This document shows, piece after piece, positions 19,557 to 28,274 of a DNA stretch of 63,185 nt (position 1 is the stretch's first letter; every line of letters begins with the position of its first letter). The DNA is from Kofleriaceae bacterium (GTDB taxonomy: Bacteria; Myxococcota_A; Polyangia; Haliangiales; Haliangiaceae): NCBI GenBank assembly GCA_046590445.1, contig JBKJUF010000048.1:1-63185 (forward strand), given 5' to 3'. A program made the translations under genes and the position numbers. The notes below the pieces were generated by a model that worked only from the letters and a program-made list of their open reading frames with translations, was not told the origin of the DNA and made no database searches.

Positions 19557-21119
19557 TCAGCGCGCGACGGTCGTCGGGTTTTTGCGCAGCTCGCGCGCCT
19601 TGCCGATCAGCGTCACCAGCTCGAGGCGATCCGCATCGGTCTCGGCGGTCGCGCGGGCGACGGCCTCGATGTGGCCGAGCGACCAGCCCTGCGCATCCTC
19701 GGCACCGCGCAGCAGATCCGCGAACGATGCGACCGCGTACGCGAACTTGAAGTCCGCAGACGCGAGCTCGAACGAGGCCGCCGGCGCGCTCGCCATGGCG
19801 AACGTGTGCTCGCTCGCGACCTGACCGTCGGGAGCCTTGTGGCGGATCCGCACCGTCGCGAGCGGCGTCCTGGCGGCCGCGGCAGCCGGAGTCAGCTGCA
19901 CCTCGTACATCGCGGTGACCTGGTGACCGACGCCGATCTCGCCGGCATCGACGCGATCCTTGCGGAAGTCGTCATCCTTGATGTCGCGGTTCTCGTAGCC
20001 GAGCAGGCGATAGCGGGCGACGCGTGTCGGATCGAACTCGACCTGCAGCTTGGCGTCCTTCGCGGCGACCTCGAGCACCGAGACCAGATCCGTCGAGAAC
20101 AGCTTGTGCGCGGCGGCCTGCGAGTCGATGTAGTAGTTGTTGCCGTTCCCGCGATCGCCGAGCTGCTCCATGAGATCGGCGCGGTAGTTGCCCATGCCAA
20201 AGCCGATCGTCGAGAGCGTGACGCCAGCCTTCACGCGGCTGTCGATGATGTCGAGGATCTGCTGCTGGCTGGTCGGGCCGACGTTGGTGTCACCGTCGGA
20301 CAGCACGATGACGCGCGAGATCGTCCCCGGACGCATGCTCTTCATCGCCTGGTCGTAGGCGAGATCGAGGCCCGAGCCCATCGCGGTCGAGCCGCCGACC
20401 TGAAGGCGCTGGATCGCGGCGAGGATCTCGCGCTTCTTCTCGACGCTGGTCGCCGGCAGCACGACCTGGGTCGCGCCGGCGTAGGTGACGAGCGAGACGG
20501 TGTCGCTCTCGCGGAGGTTCGCGAGCAGGTACGTCAGCGCCTGCTTCGCGAGGCCGATCTTGTCGGGGCTGTTCATCGAGCCCGAGACGTCGACGAGGAA
20601 CACGAGGTTCGCGGGCTTGCGGTCCGCGGCGGCCTTCGGCGGGGTGGCGACGCCGACGCGCAGGATGTGGTGGCCGGGGACGAGCGGGGAGGGCGCGGCG
20701 TCGATCACGACCGAGAACGGCGAGCCGGGCGCCGGCCGCGGGAAGCTGTACTTGAACGCGTTGACGAACTCCTCGACCCGCACGCTGGCGGCAGGTGGTA
20801 GCGCGCCGCCCTGCAACGACCGTCGCGCATAGGTGTACGACGCGGTGTCGACGTCGGCCGCGAACGTCGAGAGGTTGTCGCGCGAGGTCTCGACCCACGG
20901 GTTCACGCCATAGCTGACGTGGGTGTCACCGGGCGTGCTGCCAGGCTCGGCGGCGATCGCCCCCGCGGTCGGCGACGGTGCGACGGTCGTTCCATTCACC
21001 TGGCTCGGCGACATCACCGCGGGATAGCCGGGCGAGTGGTGGTGGTACCCGACCTTGTTGGCGCTCCGGGCACCGCAGGCAGCGAGCAGGACGAGGGCGA
21101 TCGATCGTAGATGGCGCAT
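19557..21119 (-). CDS. von Willebrand factor type A domain lipoprotein, tandem paralogue of 17716..19395
   Basis: It shows the same block order as its neighbour (STFAADVDTASY, VRVEEFVNAF, FLVDVSGSM, GDTNVG, RYRLLGYENR). The lipobox is LLAACG. Confidence 0.85.
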   Translation of the reverse strand: MRHLRSIALVLLAACGARSANKVGYHHHSPGYPAVMSPSQVNGTTVAPSPTAGAIAAEPGSTPGDTHVSYGVNPWVETSRDNLSTFAADVDTASYTYARRSLQGGALPPAASVRVEEFVNAFKYSFPRPAPGSPFSVVIDAAPSPLVPGHHILRVGVATPPKAAADRKPANLVFLVDVSGSMNSPDKIGLAKQALTYLLANLRESDTVSLVTYAGATQVVLPATSVEKKREILAAIQRLQVGGSTAMGSGLDLAYDQAMKSMRPGTISRVIVLSDGDTNVGPTSQQQILDIIDSRVKAGVTLSTIGFGMGNYRADLMEQLGDRGNGNNYYIDSQAAAHKLFSTDLVSVLEVAAKDAKLQVEFDPTRVARYRLLGYENRDIKDDDFRKDRVDAGEIGVGHQVTAMYEVQLTPAAAAARTPLATVRIRHKAPDGQVASEHTFAMASAPAASFELASADFKFAYAVASFADLLRGAEDAQGWSLGHIEAVARATAETDADRLELVTLIGKARELRKNPTTVAR

Positions 21120-21291
21120 CTGGGCGAGCCTCCGGCGGGAAAGGCGACGCTGGCTGCCCGATCGCGTGGACCGGGCACAGCATTCGCGAGACGCCAGATG
21201 AACGCGGCTGCTGGCGCCGCCTTACAGCTACGCCCCAACCACGGCCCACGACCCGGCCACACGCCCCGACGCGGCCAACCGGTCTTAGCCG

Positions 21292-21506
21292 CAATGCCGC
21301 TCACTTTAGCGGCCTTGCTCGTTGCGACCTCGCACGCTCTCGCCAGATTGGCCGCCAAGGCGCCGAGCACGCCAAGGTTTGGTCTGGCCAGTGCTTGGCG
21401 ACGGTAGCACGAGAGCGAAACTCTAACCCTTGGCGATTTGGCGCCTTGGCGGCCAATCTGGAACCGGGAAGCGTTTTGCGAACGCGCTCGCTAAGTGAGC
21501 GGCATC
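21292..21506. mobile_element. putative MITE-like long palindromic element with flanking 11-bp direct repeats
   Basis: The outer inverted repeat is atgccgctcactttagcg (21294-21311) against cgctaagtgagcggcat (21489-21505). A perfect 22-bp inner inverted repeat is CCAGATTGGCCGCCAAGGCGCC (21343-21364) against its reverse complement (21440-21461). The direct repeat ggtcttagccg lies at 21281-21291 and 21507-21517, and the latter contains the pstB stop codon. Confidence 0.4.
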
Positions 21507-21510
21507 GGTC

Positions 21511-22392
21511 TTAGCCGAAGCGGCCGGTGATGTAGTTCTCGGTTCGCTCGTCCGAGGGATTCGAGAAGATCTTCTGGGTCACGTCGTACTCGACGAGGAT
21601 GCCGGTGCGGCGATCGTTGGCGGAGTCGAGCTCGGCGGTGAAGAACGCGGTGCGATCGCTGACGCGTGCCGCCTGCTGCATGTTGTGCGTCACGATCACG
21701 ATCGTGAACCGGCTCTTGAGCTCGCGCATCAGCTCCTCGATCCGGGCGGTCGCGATCGGATCGAGCGCGCTGCACGGCTCGTCCATCAGCACGACCTCGG
21801 GCTCGACCGCGATCGTGCGGGCGATGCAGAGCCGTTGCTGCTGACCGCCGGACATCCCGAGCGCCGAGCTGCCGAGCCGATCCTTGACCTCGTCCCACAG
21901 CGCCGCCGCGCGCAGCGACTTCTCGACGATCGCGTCGAGCTCGATCTTGTTCTTCGTGCCGTTGACGCGCGGCCCGAACGCGACGTTGTCGTAGATGCTC
22001 TTCGGGAACGGGTTCGGCTTCTGGAACACCATGCCGATGCGGCGCCGCACCTCGGTCGCGGAGACCTGAGGACCGTAGAGATCGATGCCGTGATACTGGA
22101 GCTTGCCGGTCACCCGCGCACCGGGAATGACGTCGTGCATTCGGTTGAACGCGCGCAGCAGCGTGGTCTTGCCACAGCCCGACGGCCCGATCAGCGCCGT
22201 GATCTGGTTCTTGAGGACCTTCATCGCGACGCCGCGCACCGCCCGGAACGCGCCGTAGTAGACCGCGACGTCCTCGAGATCGAAGACGACGGGCGTGTCG
22301 ATTGCCACCTGCGGATCGCCCGAGCCTCGGTGACCGATGCGCGGAGCTGGCCGTTGCACCGGGATGTCGTCGTGTGAGTCGTCAGCGTTCAT
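21511..22392 (-). CDS. pstB: phosphate ABC transporter ATP-binding protein PstB
   Basis: Walker A is GPSGCGKTT, the signature is MSGGQQQRL and Walker B is VLMDEP. It is the last gene of a pstSCAB array. Confidence 0.95.
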   Translation of the reverse strand: MNADDSHDDIPVQRPAPRIGHRGSGDPQVAIDTPVVFDLEDVAVYYGAFRAVRGVAMKVLKNQITALIGPSGCGKTTLLRAFNRMHDVIPGARVTGKLQYHGIDLYGPQVSATEVRRRIGMVFQKPNPFPKSIYDNVAFGPRVNGTKNKIELDAIVEKSLRAAALWDEVKDRLGSSALGMSGGQQQRLCIARTIAVEPEVVLMDEPCSALDPIATARIEELMRELKSRFTIVIVTHNMQQAARVSDRTAFFTAELDSANDRRTGILVEYDVTQKIFSNPSDERTENYITGRFG

Positions 22393-22395
22393 GCA

Positions 22396-23277
22396 TCACC
22401 TCATGCGCGAGAACCGGGCCGTGACGACCCGGGCAATGAAGGTCACGAGGAAGGTGAGCAGCACGAGCGTGAACGCGGCGCCCCACGCCCGGTCCTGAGC
22501 GGCGGCGAACGATGACGTCGCGTTACCGAAGATCTGCAGCGACAGTGAGGTGTTGGCCTCGTCGAACAGGCTCGGGTTGTAGGCGGTCGCGGCACCGACG
22601 GCAAACAGCAACGGGGCTGTCTCGCCGGCCGCGCGGGCGACCGCGAGCAGGCACCCCGAGACGATGCCGGGCGCCGCGGCGGGCAGCACGATCGCGATGA
22701 TCGTCCGGCTCTTCGTCGCGCCGAGGGCGTACGACGCCTCGCGCAGGTGGGACGGCACGAGCCGCAGCATCTGCTCGGTGGACCCGATCACGACGGGCAG
22801 CATCAGCGCCGCCAGCGCCAGCGCGCCGCCGAACGCGGAATATCCGAACCGCATCGTCCACATGATGTAGATGAACAGGCCCATCACGATCGACGGGACG
22901 CCGGTCATCACGGTCGCCATGAACCGCACCGCCCGCGCGAGCTTGCGCGTGCCGCCATACTCGTTGAGATAGATGGCGCCCAGGATCCCGAGCGGGACGG
23001 AGAGTAGCGTCGCGCCGCCGGTGACGAGCAACGTCCCGACGATCGCCGGGCCCATGCCGGGACCCGCACGCCGCGAGATCATCGGGATCTCGCTCGTGAA
23101 GAAGTCCGGAAAGCTCGCGAACGCGACGCTCGCACCACGCTCGATCACCGCCCACAGCACCGCGACGAGCGGAAGCGCGACGGCGCCGACGGCCGCCACC
23201 ATGAGACCCGTCATGATCGCGCTCCGTGCGTCGCGCCAGCTCGGCTTCGCGTGCAGATCGGAAGCGACGGTCGTCAT
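22396..23277 (-). CDS. pstA: phosphate ABC transporter permease PstA
   Basis: ATG at 23277 overlaps the pstC stop (ATGA). The permease EAA-like loop is EASYALGATKSRTI. Only the last 293 aa of the 525-aa track ORF look real. Confidence 0.9.
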   Translation of the reverse strand: MTTVASDLHAKPSWRDARSAIMTGLMVAAVGAVALPLVAVLWAVIERGASVAFASFPDFFTSEIPMISRRAGPGMGPAIVGTLLVTGGATLLSVPLGILGAIYLNEYGGTRKLARAVRFMATVMTGVPSIVMGLFIYIMWTMRFGYSAFGGALALAALMLPVVIGSTEQMLRLVPSHLREASYALGATKSRTIIAIVLPAAAPGIVSGCLLAVARAAGETAPLLFAVGAATAYNPSLFDEANTSLSLQIFGNATSSFAAAQDRAWGAAFTLVLLTFLVTFIARVVTARFSRMR

Positions 23278-24149
23278 GTCCCGCGGCTCCGGCGCATCGA
23301 GCGCTGCACGATCGCGGTGGCGACGAGGTTCACGACGATCGTGATCACGAACAGCGTGACCGCGAGCGCGATCAGCGCCGACTTGTGCAAGTCGGCCGCC
23401 TCGCCGAACTCGTTGGCGTTCACGGCGGGCATCGAATTGCCGGATGCATACGGGTCTAACGTGATCTGGCCGAGCGCCGAGCCGATGACGAGCGCGGCGG
23501 CGATCGTCTCGCCCAGCGCGCGCCCGAGCCCGAGCATGACGGCGCCGACGAGCCCACCCTTGCTGTGCGGCAGCACGGAGGCGCCGATCATTTCCCAGCG
23601 CGTCGCGCCGAGCGCCAGCGCGGCTTCCTTGTCGGTCTGCGGCGTGGTCTCGATGACCTCGCGCGAGAGCGACGTGATGATCGGCGTGATCATGACCGCG
23701 AGGATGATCCCGGCGGTCAAGAACGACCGACCCAGGCCGAAGTGCTGCGACAGCACGAGCACACCCCACAGGCCGAACACCACCGACGGAACGACGGCGA
23801 GCAAGTCGAGCAGGTACACCATCGGCTTCTTCAGCCACGGCGGTGCGACCTGGGTGATGAACAGCGCGACGCCGAGGCTGACCGGCACCGCGAGCACGAG
23901 CGCGATGGTCGCCGTGAAGAGCGTGCCGAAAATAAACGGCAGCGCGCCGTAGATGCCCTCGGGTACCGACCACCGCGACGACGTGAAGAAGTCGAGGCCC
24001 ATGTGATCGAGCACCGGCCAGGCCCGCTGGCTCATGGTGATCGCGATCAGCGCGAGCACCACGAGCACGGTCGAAGCTGCCGCGACCGCGAGCACGCGGA
24101 ACGCGCGGTCGGCGTGCTGGCTATTGGCGCGGAGCTCGGACAGCTGCAT
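23274..24149 (-). CDS. pstC: phosphate ABC transporter permease PstC
   Basis: A polytopic permease with the EAALALGATRWE loop, adjacent to pstS and pstA. Confidence 0.9.
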   Translation of the reverse strand: MQLSELRANSQHADRAFRVLAVAAASTVLVVLALIAITMSQRAWPVLDHMGLDFFTSSRWSVPEGIYGALPFIFGTLFTATIALVLAVPVSLGVALFITQVAPPWLKKPMVYLLDLLAVVPSVVFGLWGVLVLSQHFGLGRSFLTAGIILAVMITPIITSLSREVIETTPQTDKEAALALGATRWEMIGASVLPHSKGGLVGAVMLGLGRALGETIAAALVIGSALGQITLDPYASGNSMPAVNANEFGEAADLHKSALIALAVTLFVITIVVNLVATAIVQRSMRRSRGT

Positions 24150-24155
24150 GGTGAC

Positions 24156-25271
24156 TCAGGGAACCTGGATCTTGTCGACCTGGGCGAGCGCCCGCTCCTG
24201 CAAACTCTTGGGGATCGGCGCGAAGTCGATCTCGGGGAGCAGCGCCTGGGCATCGGTGAGCATGAACTTGAAGTACGCCTTGATCGCCTCGCCCTTGGCC
24301 TTGTCGGCCTGCTTCGCGTACGCCATGCACCAGCTCTGCGCGGTGATCGGATATGCCGCGTCACCCTTCGCGTTGAGCGCAGTGAAGATCAAGTTGTCCT
24401 TGACCTCGATGCCATCCCCGGCTGCGGTCACGCTCGCCGCCGTCGGCTCGACGTATTTGCCGGCCGGGTTCTTGATCGCGGCGTACTTCAGCTGCGACGC
24501 CTTGGCGTCCGACAGATCGACATAGCCGATCGCGCCCGGCGTGGACTTCACGATCTGCGCGACGCCACCGTTACCGTTGCCGGCCTGGGTATCGGCAGGC
24601 CACTCGACGGTCGACCCGCTCTTGAGCTTCCACGCGGTCGGTGCGGCTCCCTCGAGGAACTTCGTGAAGTTCTCGGTGGTCCCCGAGCCGTCCGAGCGGC
24701 GGGCAACGACGATGCCGGTAGCGGGCAGCTTCGCGCCGGGGTTGTCGGCCGCGATCGCGGGGTCATTCCACGTCTTGATCTCGCGCTGGAAGATCTTCGC
24801 GACCGTCTCGGGCGAGAGCTGCAGCTTGTCGACGCCGGCGTTGTAGCTGACGGTGATCGCGCCGAGCACGTTCGGGATGTAGAAGAACTCGCCGCCCTTG
24901 ACCTTGCCGACGTCCGCTTCCTTGTACGGCGCGTCGGAGCACGCGAAGTCGACGACCTGATCGGCGAAGTCCTGACGTCCCTTGCCCGACCCCCCGGCGC
25001 CGTAGTTGACCTTGATGCGCGGGTTCGCCCTGGTGAAGGCCTCGATCGTGACCTCCTGGGCCGCTTTCTGAAACGTCGCGCCGCTCGCGTTCAGCGTGAC
25101 CGGGCCACCCGAGGGAGCGGTTACGCCCCCCGGAGCGGTCCCCGATCCAGGGGTGGGTCCTCCGGTGTCGTCCGGCTTCTTCTTGCAACCGGCGCTGATG
25201 CCGCCGGTGAAGCCAACGACGGCGAGGGACGCGATCAACCAGCACGGCTTGTTCATCAGCAAGTTCTGCAT
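24156..25271 (-). CDS. pstS: phosphate ABC transporter substrate-binding lipoprotein PstS
   Basis: ATG at 25271 (MQNLLMNKPCW...; alternative ATG at 25256). The lipobox is ISAGC. PstS blocks are GSGKG, SDAP, RRSDGSGTT and GYVD. Confidence 0.9.
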   Translation of the reverse strand: MQNLLMNKPCWLIASLAVVGFTGGISAGCKKKPDDTGGPTPGSGTAPGGVTAPSGGPVTLNASGATFQKAAQEVTIEAFTRANPRIKVNYGAGGSGKGRQDFADQVVDFACSDAPYKEADVGKVKGGEFFYIPNVLGAITVSYNAGVDKLQLSPETVAKIFQREIKTWNDPAIAADNPGAKLPATGIVVARRSDGSGTTENFTKFLEGAAPTAWKLKSGSTVEWPADTQAGNGNGGVAQIVKSTPGAIGYVDLSDAKASQLKYAAIKNPAGKYVEPTAASVTAAGDGIEVKDNLIFTALNAKGDAAYPITAQSWCMAYAKQADKAKGEAIKAYFKFMLTDAQALLPEIDFAPIPKSLQERALAQVDKIQVP

Positions 25272-25296
25272 AATTGGCTGGACCGTAGCGACCTTC

Positions 25297-25336
25297 GGTG
25301 ACGCAGCGACGAAGTCTTTGTGGCAGGACGGTGACG
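25297..25336 (-). promoter_or_regulatory. candidate Pho boxes upstream of pstS
   Basis: On the minus strand there are four heptamers at 11-bp phasing: CGTCACC / TGCCACA / CTTCGTC / CGTCACC. The proximal one ends 25 nt before the pstS ATG. Confidence 0.35.
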
Positions 25337-25360
25337 GTTCGCGAAGGAGACGGATCTCGC

Positions 25361-26050
25361 TCAACTGTCCGCGCTCGGGTTGCGAGACTTCTTGTGCTTG
25401 ATGTCGGTCGCCCTGACCATGTAGACGACCTCCTCGGCGAGGTTCTTGACGTGATCGCCGATCCGTTCGAGGCAGCGGCACACCGAGGTCAGCGGCAGCA
25501 CGCGGGTCACCGTCGCGGCATCGGTCGCGACATTGGCGAGCAACTCGGCGAACAGGCTCGCGTTGAGCTTGTCGATCGCGGCATCCGCGGTGATGACCTC
25601 GTTCGCCTTGTCGGCGTCGCGCTGGACGAACGCATCGAGCACGGCCTGCAGGTTCTTTTGCGCGAGCTGGGCGAGCTGGTTGAGGTCGATGCGGACGTCG
25701 AGTGGCGGGAGCCGGTTGAGCTCGAGCGCGCGCTTCGCGATCCCGGCGGCGAGATCGCCGATCCGCTCGACGTCGACGACGAACTTCAGCGACATCGTGA
25801 TGAACCGCAGGTCGGAGGCGACCGGCTGGCGGGTCGCGAGGATCTGCAGCGCGAGCTCGTCGACGTCGTTCTCGTCGCGATCGATCTCGGAATCCAGCTT
25901 GATCACCTGGCGCGCGAGGTCGTCGTCGCGGTCGTCGAGCGCCTTCATCGCGCGGGCGACCTGCTGGGCGGCCTTGTCCCCCATCGTCGCGAGCCGCTCG
26001 CGCAACGTGCGGAGCTCCTGCGAGAATTCCTTGCTGGTATGTGACGCCAT
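25361..26050 (-). CDS. phoU: phosphate signalling complex protein PhoU
   Basis: A two-repeat PhoU helical protein with the motifs E.D.DE.DVDELAL, QPVASDLR and VERIGDH. Its start overlaps the phoR stop (TAATG). Confidence 0.9.
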   Translation of the reverse strand: MASHTSKEFSQELRTLRERLATMGDKAAQQVARAMKALDDRDDDLARQVIKLDSEIDRDENDVDELALQILATRQPVASDLRFITMSLKFVVDVERIGDLAAGIAKRALELNRLPPLDVRIDLNQLAQLAQKNLQAVLDAFVQRDADKANEVITADAAIDKLNASLFAELLANVATDAATVTRVLPLTSVCRCLERIGDHVKNLAEEVVYMVRATDIKHKKSRNPSADS

Positions 26051-27435
26051 TAAGAAGCTTCGCTTTCTGCCGCCGGGCCGTGGGGCGCCGGAAGCTGCAA
26101 CCAGAAGGTACTCCCTCGCGGCCGGTTCGGATGGACCCCGACCTCCCCATTCATGCTCTCGACGAGATGCTTGACGATCGACAGCCCGAGCCCGGTGCCT
26201 CCGGCGTCCCGCGAGCGGCTCGGGTCGGCGCGGTAGAACCGTTCGAACACGCGCGCGAGATGGCGTTCGGCGATCCCGGGGCCGTCATCGCGGACCTCGA
26301 TCCGGCAGCCCGAGCCGGCGCGCTTCGCCTCGATCCAGACGTGACCGTCTTGCCGCGTGTACTTGACCGCGTTGTCGATCAGGTTCACCAGGATCTGGTC
26401 GAGCGCCTTGGGATCGGCCTTGACCGCGAGCTCGTCGGTGACCTCGACCTCGACGGTGACCCCGCGCGCCGCCGCCTGGGTCTCGACCGCGCTGAGCGCC
26501 TGCTCGAACGCCGCGCGCAGGGGTACGCGGCCTAGCTCGAGGCGGTACTGGCCCGCATCGAGGCGGGACAGGTCGAGCAGGTCGGCGAGGATCCGCGCGA
26601 GCCGCTCGGCATTGCGGTGCAGACCATCGATCAGCCGCGCTGCGATCGCCGGATCGTCCTTCGCGCCGGAGAGCAGCGTCTCGGCGTTCGCCCGGATCAC
26701 CGCGACCGGAGTCCGCAGCCCGTGCGAGACGTTCGCCACGAAGTCCCGCCTCACGGTCTCGAGCCGTCGCATCGTGGTGACGTCCTCGAGCAGCAGGACG
26801 CGACCCTCGCCGCCCCACTTCTGGGCGGAGCGGATCACCGCGCGCACGCCGCTCGCGAGCTGGACCTCGGTGGTCGCGGCCTTGTCTGCCTCGAGGAGCT
26901 CGAACAGCTGCGGGACTCGCACGAACTCGATCAGCGGCTCGCCGAGCGGCGAGCTCGTCACCCCGAGCATGCCGCGCGCGGCCTCGTTGAGGAGCTCGAT
27001 CTTGTGATCGGAATCGACTGCGATCACGCCCTGGTTCAGGCCGTCGGCGATCGCCGAGAGCAGCACGCGCTCGCGGGCGAGGGCGTGGTGGCTGCGGTCG
27101 GCATCCTCCGCGAGGAAGTTCACCCACTCGGCGAGCTGACGCGCTTCATCGTGCCGAGGTGCGATCAGCAGCGGGATGCGGCGGCTGGTATCGCGCACCA
27201 CGTCGCGGGTCACCCGCTCGAGCTCGCGCAGCGATCGGCGCACCGAGCCGATCGCAACCCCGCCCGCGGCGAGCGCGATCACGCCGGCGGCGATCGCCGC
27301 GGTAAACGGTGCAGCCGACGCGAACGAGCGCAGAGCGTGCAGATCATCGTCGACGAGCAGCGCCGTGACAATCCCGGTTGTCAGCGCGAGCGCGAACGCC
27401 AGCACGAGCACGCGGAGCCGCGCACGCCGGATCAA
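26050..27435 (-). CDS. phoR: phosphate regulon sensor histidine kinase PhoR
   Basis: It has an N-terminal TM region. The H-box is NVSHGLRTPV, the N-box is LVNLIDNAVKY, and the G-boxes are DDGPGI and GGTGLGLSIVKH. It is adjacent to phoB with a 4-nt overlap. Confidence 0.85.
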   Translation of the reverse strand: MIRRARLRVLVLAFALALTTGIVTALLVDDDLHALRSFASAAPFTAAIAAGVIALAAGGVAIGSVRRSLRELERVTRDVVRDTSRRIPLLIAPRHDEARQLAEWVNFLAEDADRSHHALARERVLLSAIADGLNQGVIAVDSDHKIELLNEAARGMLGVTSSPLGEPLIEFVRVPQLFELLEADKAATTEVQLASGVRAVIRSAQKWGGEGRVLLLEDVTTMRRLETVRRDFVANVSHGLRTPVAVIRANAETLLSGAKDDPAIAARLIDGLHRNAERLARILADLLDLSRLDAGQYRLELGRVPLRAAFEQALSAVETQAAARGVTVEVEVTDELAVKADPKALDQILVNLIDNAVKYTRQDGHVWIEAKRAGSGCRIEVRDDGPGIAERHLARVFERFYRADPSRSRDAGGTGLGLSIVKHLVESMNGEVGVHPNRPRGSTFWLQLPAPHGPAAESEAS

Positions 27436-28133
27436 GCGACCTCGTCGGGCTGATCCTTGAAACGGTAACCGACGCCGCGCAGGGTCTCGATGTACGTGCC
27501 GGCCTCGCCGAGCTTCTCGCGGAGCCGTTTGACGTGGGTGTCGACGGTGCGAGTCGTGACCTCGGCCTCGATCCCCCAGACGTCGGCGAGCAGCGTGTCC
27601 CGGGTCTGGACGCGGCCCCGGCGCGACACGAACGCGTGCAGGAGCCGGAACTCGAGCGCGGTCAGCGTGAGCTCGGTGTCATCGAGCCACGCGCGGTGGG
27701 CATCGCGATCGATCTTGAGCCGGCCGAACCGGATCAGCGCCGGTTCACCGTCGCGGCGCGTCGAGTCGGCACGCCGGAGCAGCGCGCGGATGCGCAACAT
27801 CAGCTCGCGCACGCTGAACGGCTTGACGACGTAGTCGTCGGCGCCGACCTCGAAGCCGACGACCCGATCGATCTCCTCGCCCTTCGCCGTGCACATGATC
27901 ACCGGGATGGTGCGCGTGCGCTCTTGATCGCGAAGCCGGCGACAGATCTCGGTGCCCGAGAGGTCCGGCAGCATCAGATCGAGCACGATCAGATCCGGCA
28001 GCGGCTCGGCATTCGCGCTCGCGAGGCCGTCGCGGCCGGTATGGGCGAGGCGGACCTGATAGCCCTCAGCGCGCAGGTTGTACTCGACGGTGGTCGCGAG
28101 ATCGACCTCGTCCTCGATGACCAGCACGAGCAT
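27432..28133 (-). CDS. phoB: phosphate regulon response regulator PhoB (OmpR family)
   Basis: ATG at 28133 (MLVLVIEDE...). The receiver motif is DLIVLDLMLPDLSG, and the winged-helix motif is LTALEFRLLHAFV...VDTHVKRLREKL...GVGYRF. Confidence 0.9.
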   Translation of the reverse strand: MLVLVIEDEVDLATTVEYNLRAEGYQVRLAHTGRDGLASANAEPLPDLIVLDLMLPDLSGTEICRRLRDQERTRTIPVIMCTAKGEEIDRVVGFEVGADDYVVKPFSVRELMLRIRALLRRADSTRRDGEPALIRFGRLKIDRDAHRAWLDDTELTLTALEFRLLHAFVSRRGRVQTRDTLLADVWGIEAEVTTRTVDTHVKRLREKLGEAGTYIETLRGVGYRFKDQPDEVA

Positions 28134-28156
28134 GTCGACAGCAGTAGCACGCGCTC

Positions 28157-28196
28157 GGTGACGCGGGTGTGACGCGACGATGCCCCGGCAGTGACG
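28157..28196 (-). promoter_or_regulatory. candidate Pho box for the phoB operon
   Basis: The minus strand reads CGTCACA-cccg-CGTCACC (28174-28157), a 7+4+7 arrangement. An extra in-phase half-site CGTCACT lies at 28196-28190. The box ends 23 nt before the phoB ATG. Confidence 0.5.
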
Positions 28197-28232
28197 ATGC
28201 GAGATCTCCGAGTTGCGCAAAGCTTCGCGAGT

Positions 28233-28250
28233 CCGTCACCACACCGTCAC
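28233..28250 (+). promoter_or_regulatory. candidate Pho box for the OprP-like porin gene
   Basis: CCGTCAC-caca-CCGTCAC is a 7+4+7 direct repeat like the enterobacterial CTGTCAT Pho-box design. It ends 24 nt before the porin ATG. Confidence 0.5.
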
Positions 28251-28274
28251 CCGGCGAGCGTCAACTGCGACGAG

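Noticed and set aside
21111-21514. ORFs of 98-178 aa in the pstB-vWA intergenic gap
   Set aside because: They run through the palindromic element on both strands and have Arg/Ala/Pro-rich composition. The region is better explained by the inverted-repeat structure.
24156-26150. 664-aa minus-strand ORF apparently fusing pstS with upstream sequence
   Set aside because: The upstream two-fifths are out of frame with phoU (which has clear PhoU motifs) and are Arg-rich. The real PstS begins at the ATG with a signal peptide and lipobox at 25271.
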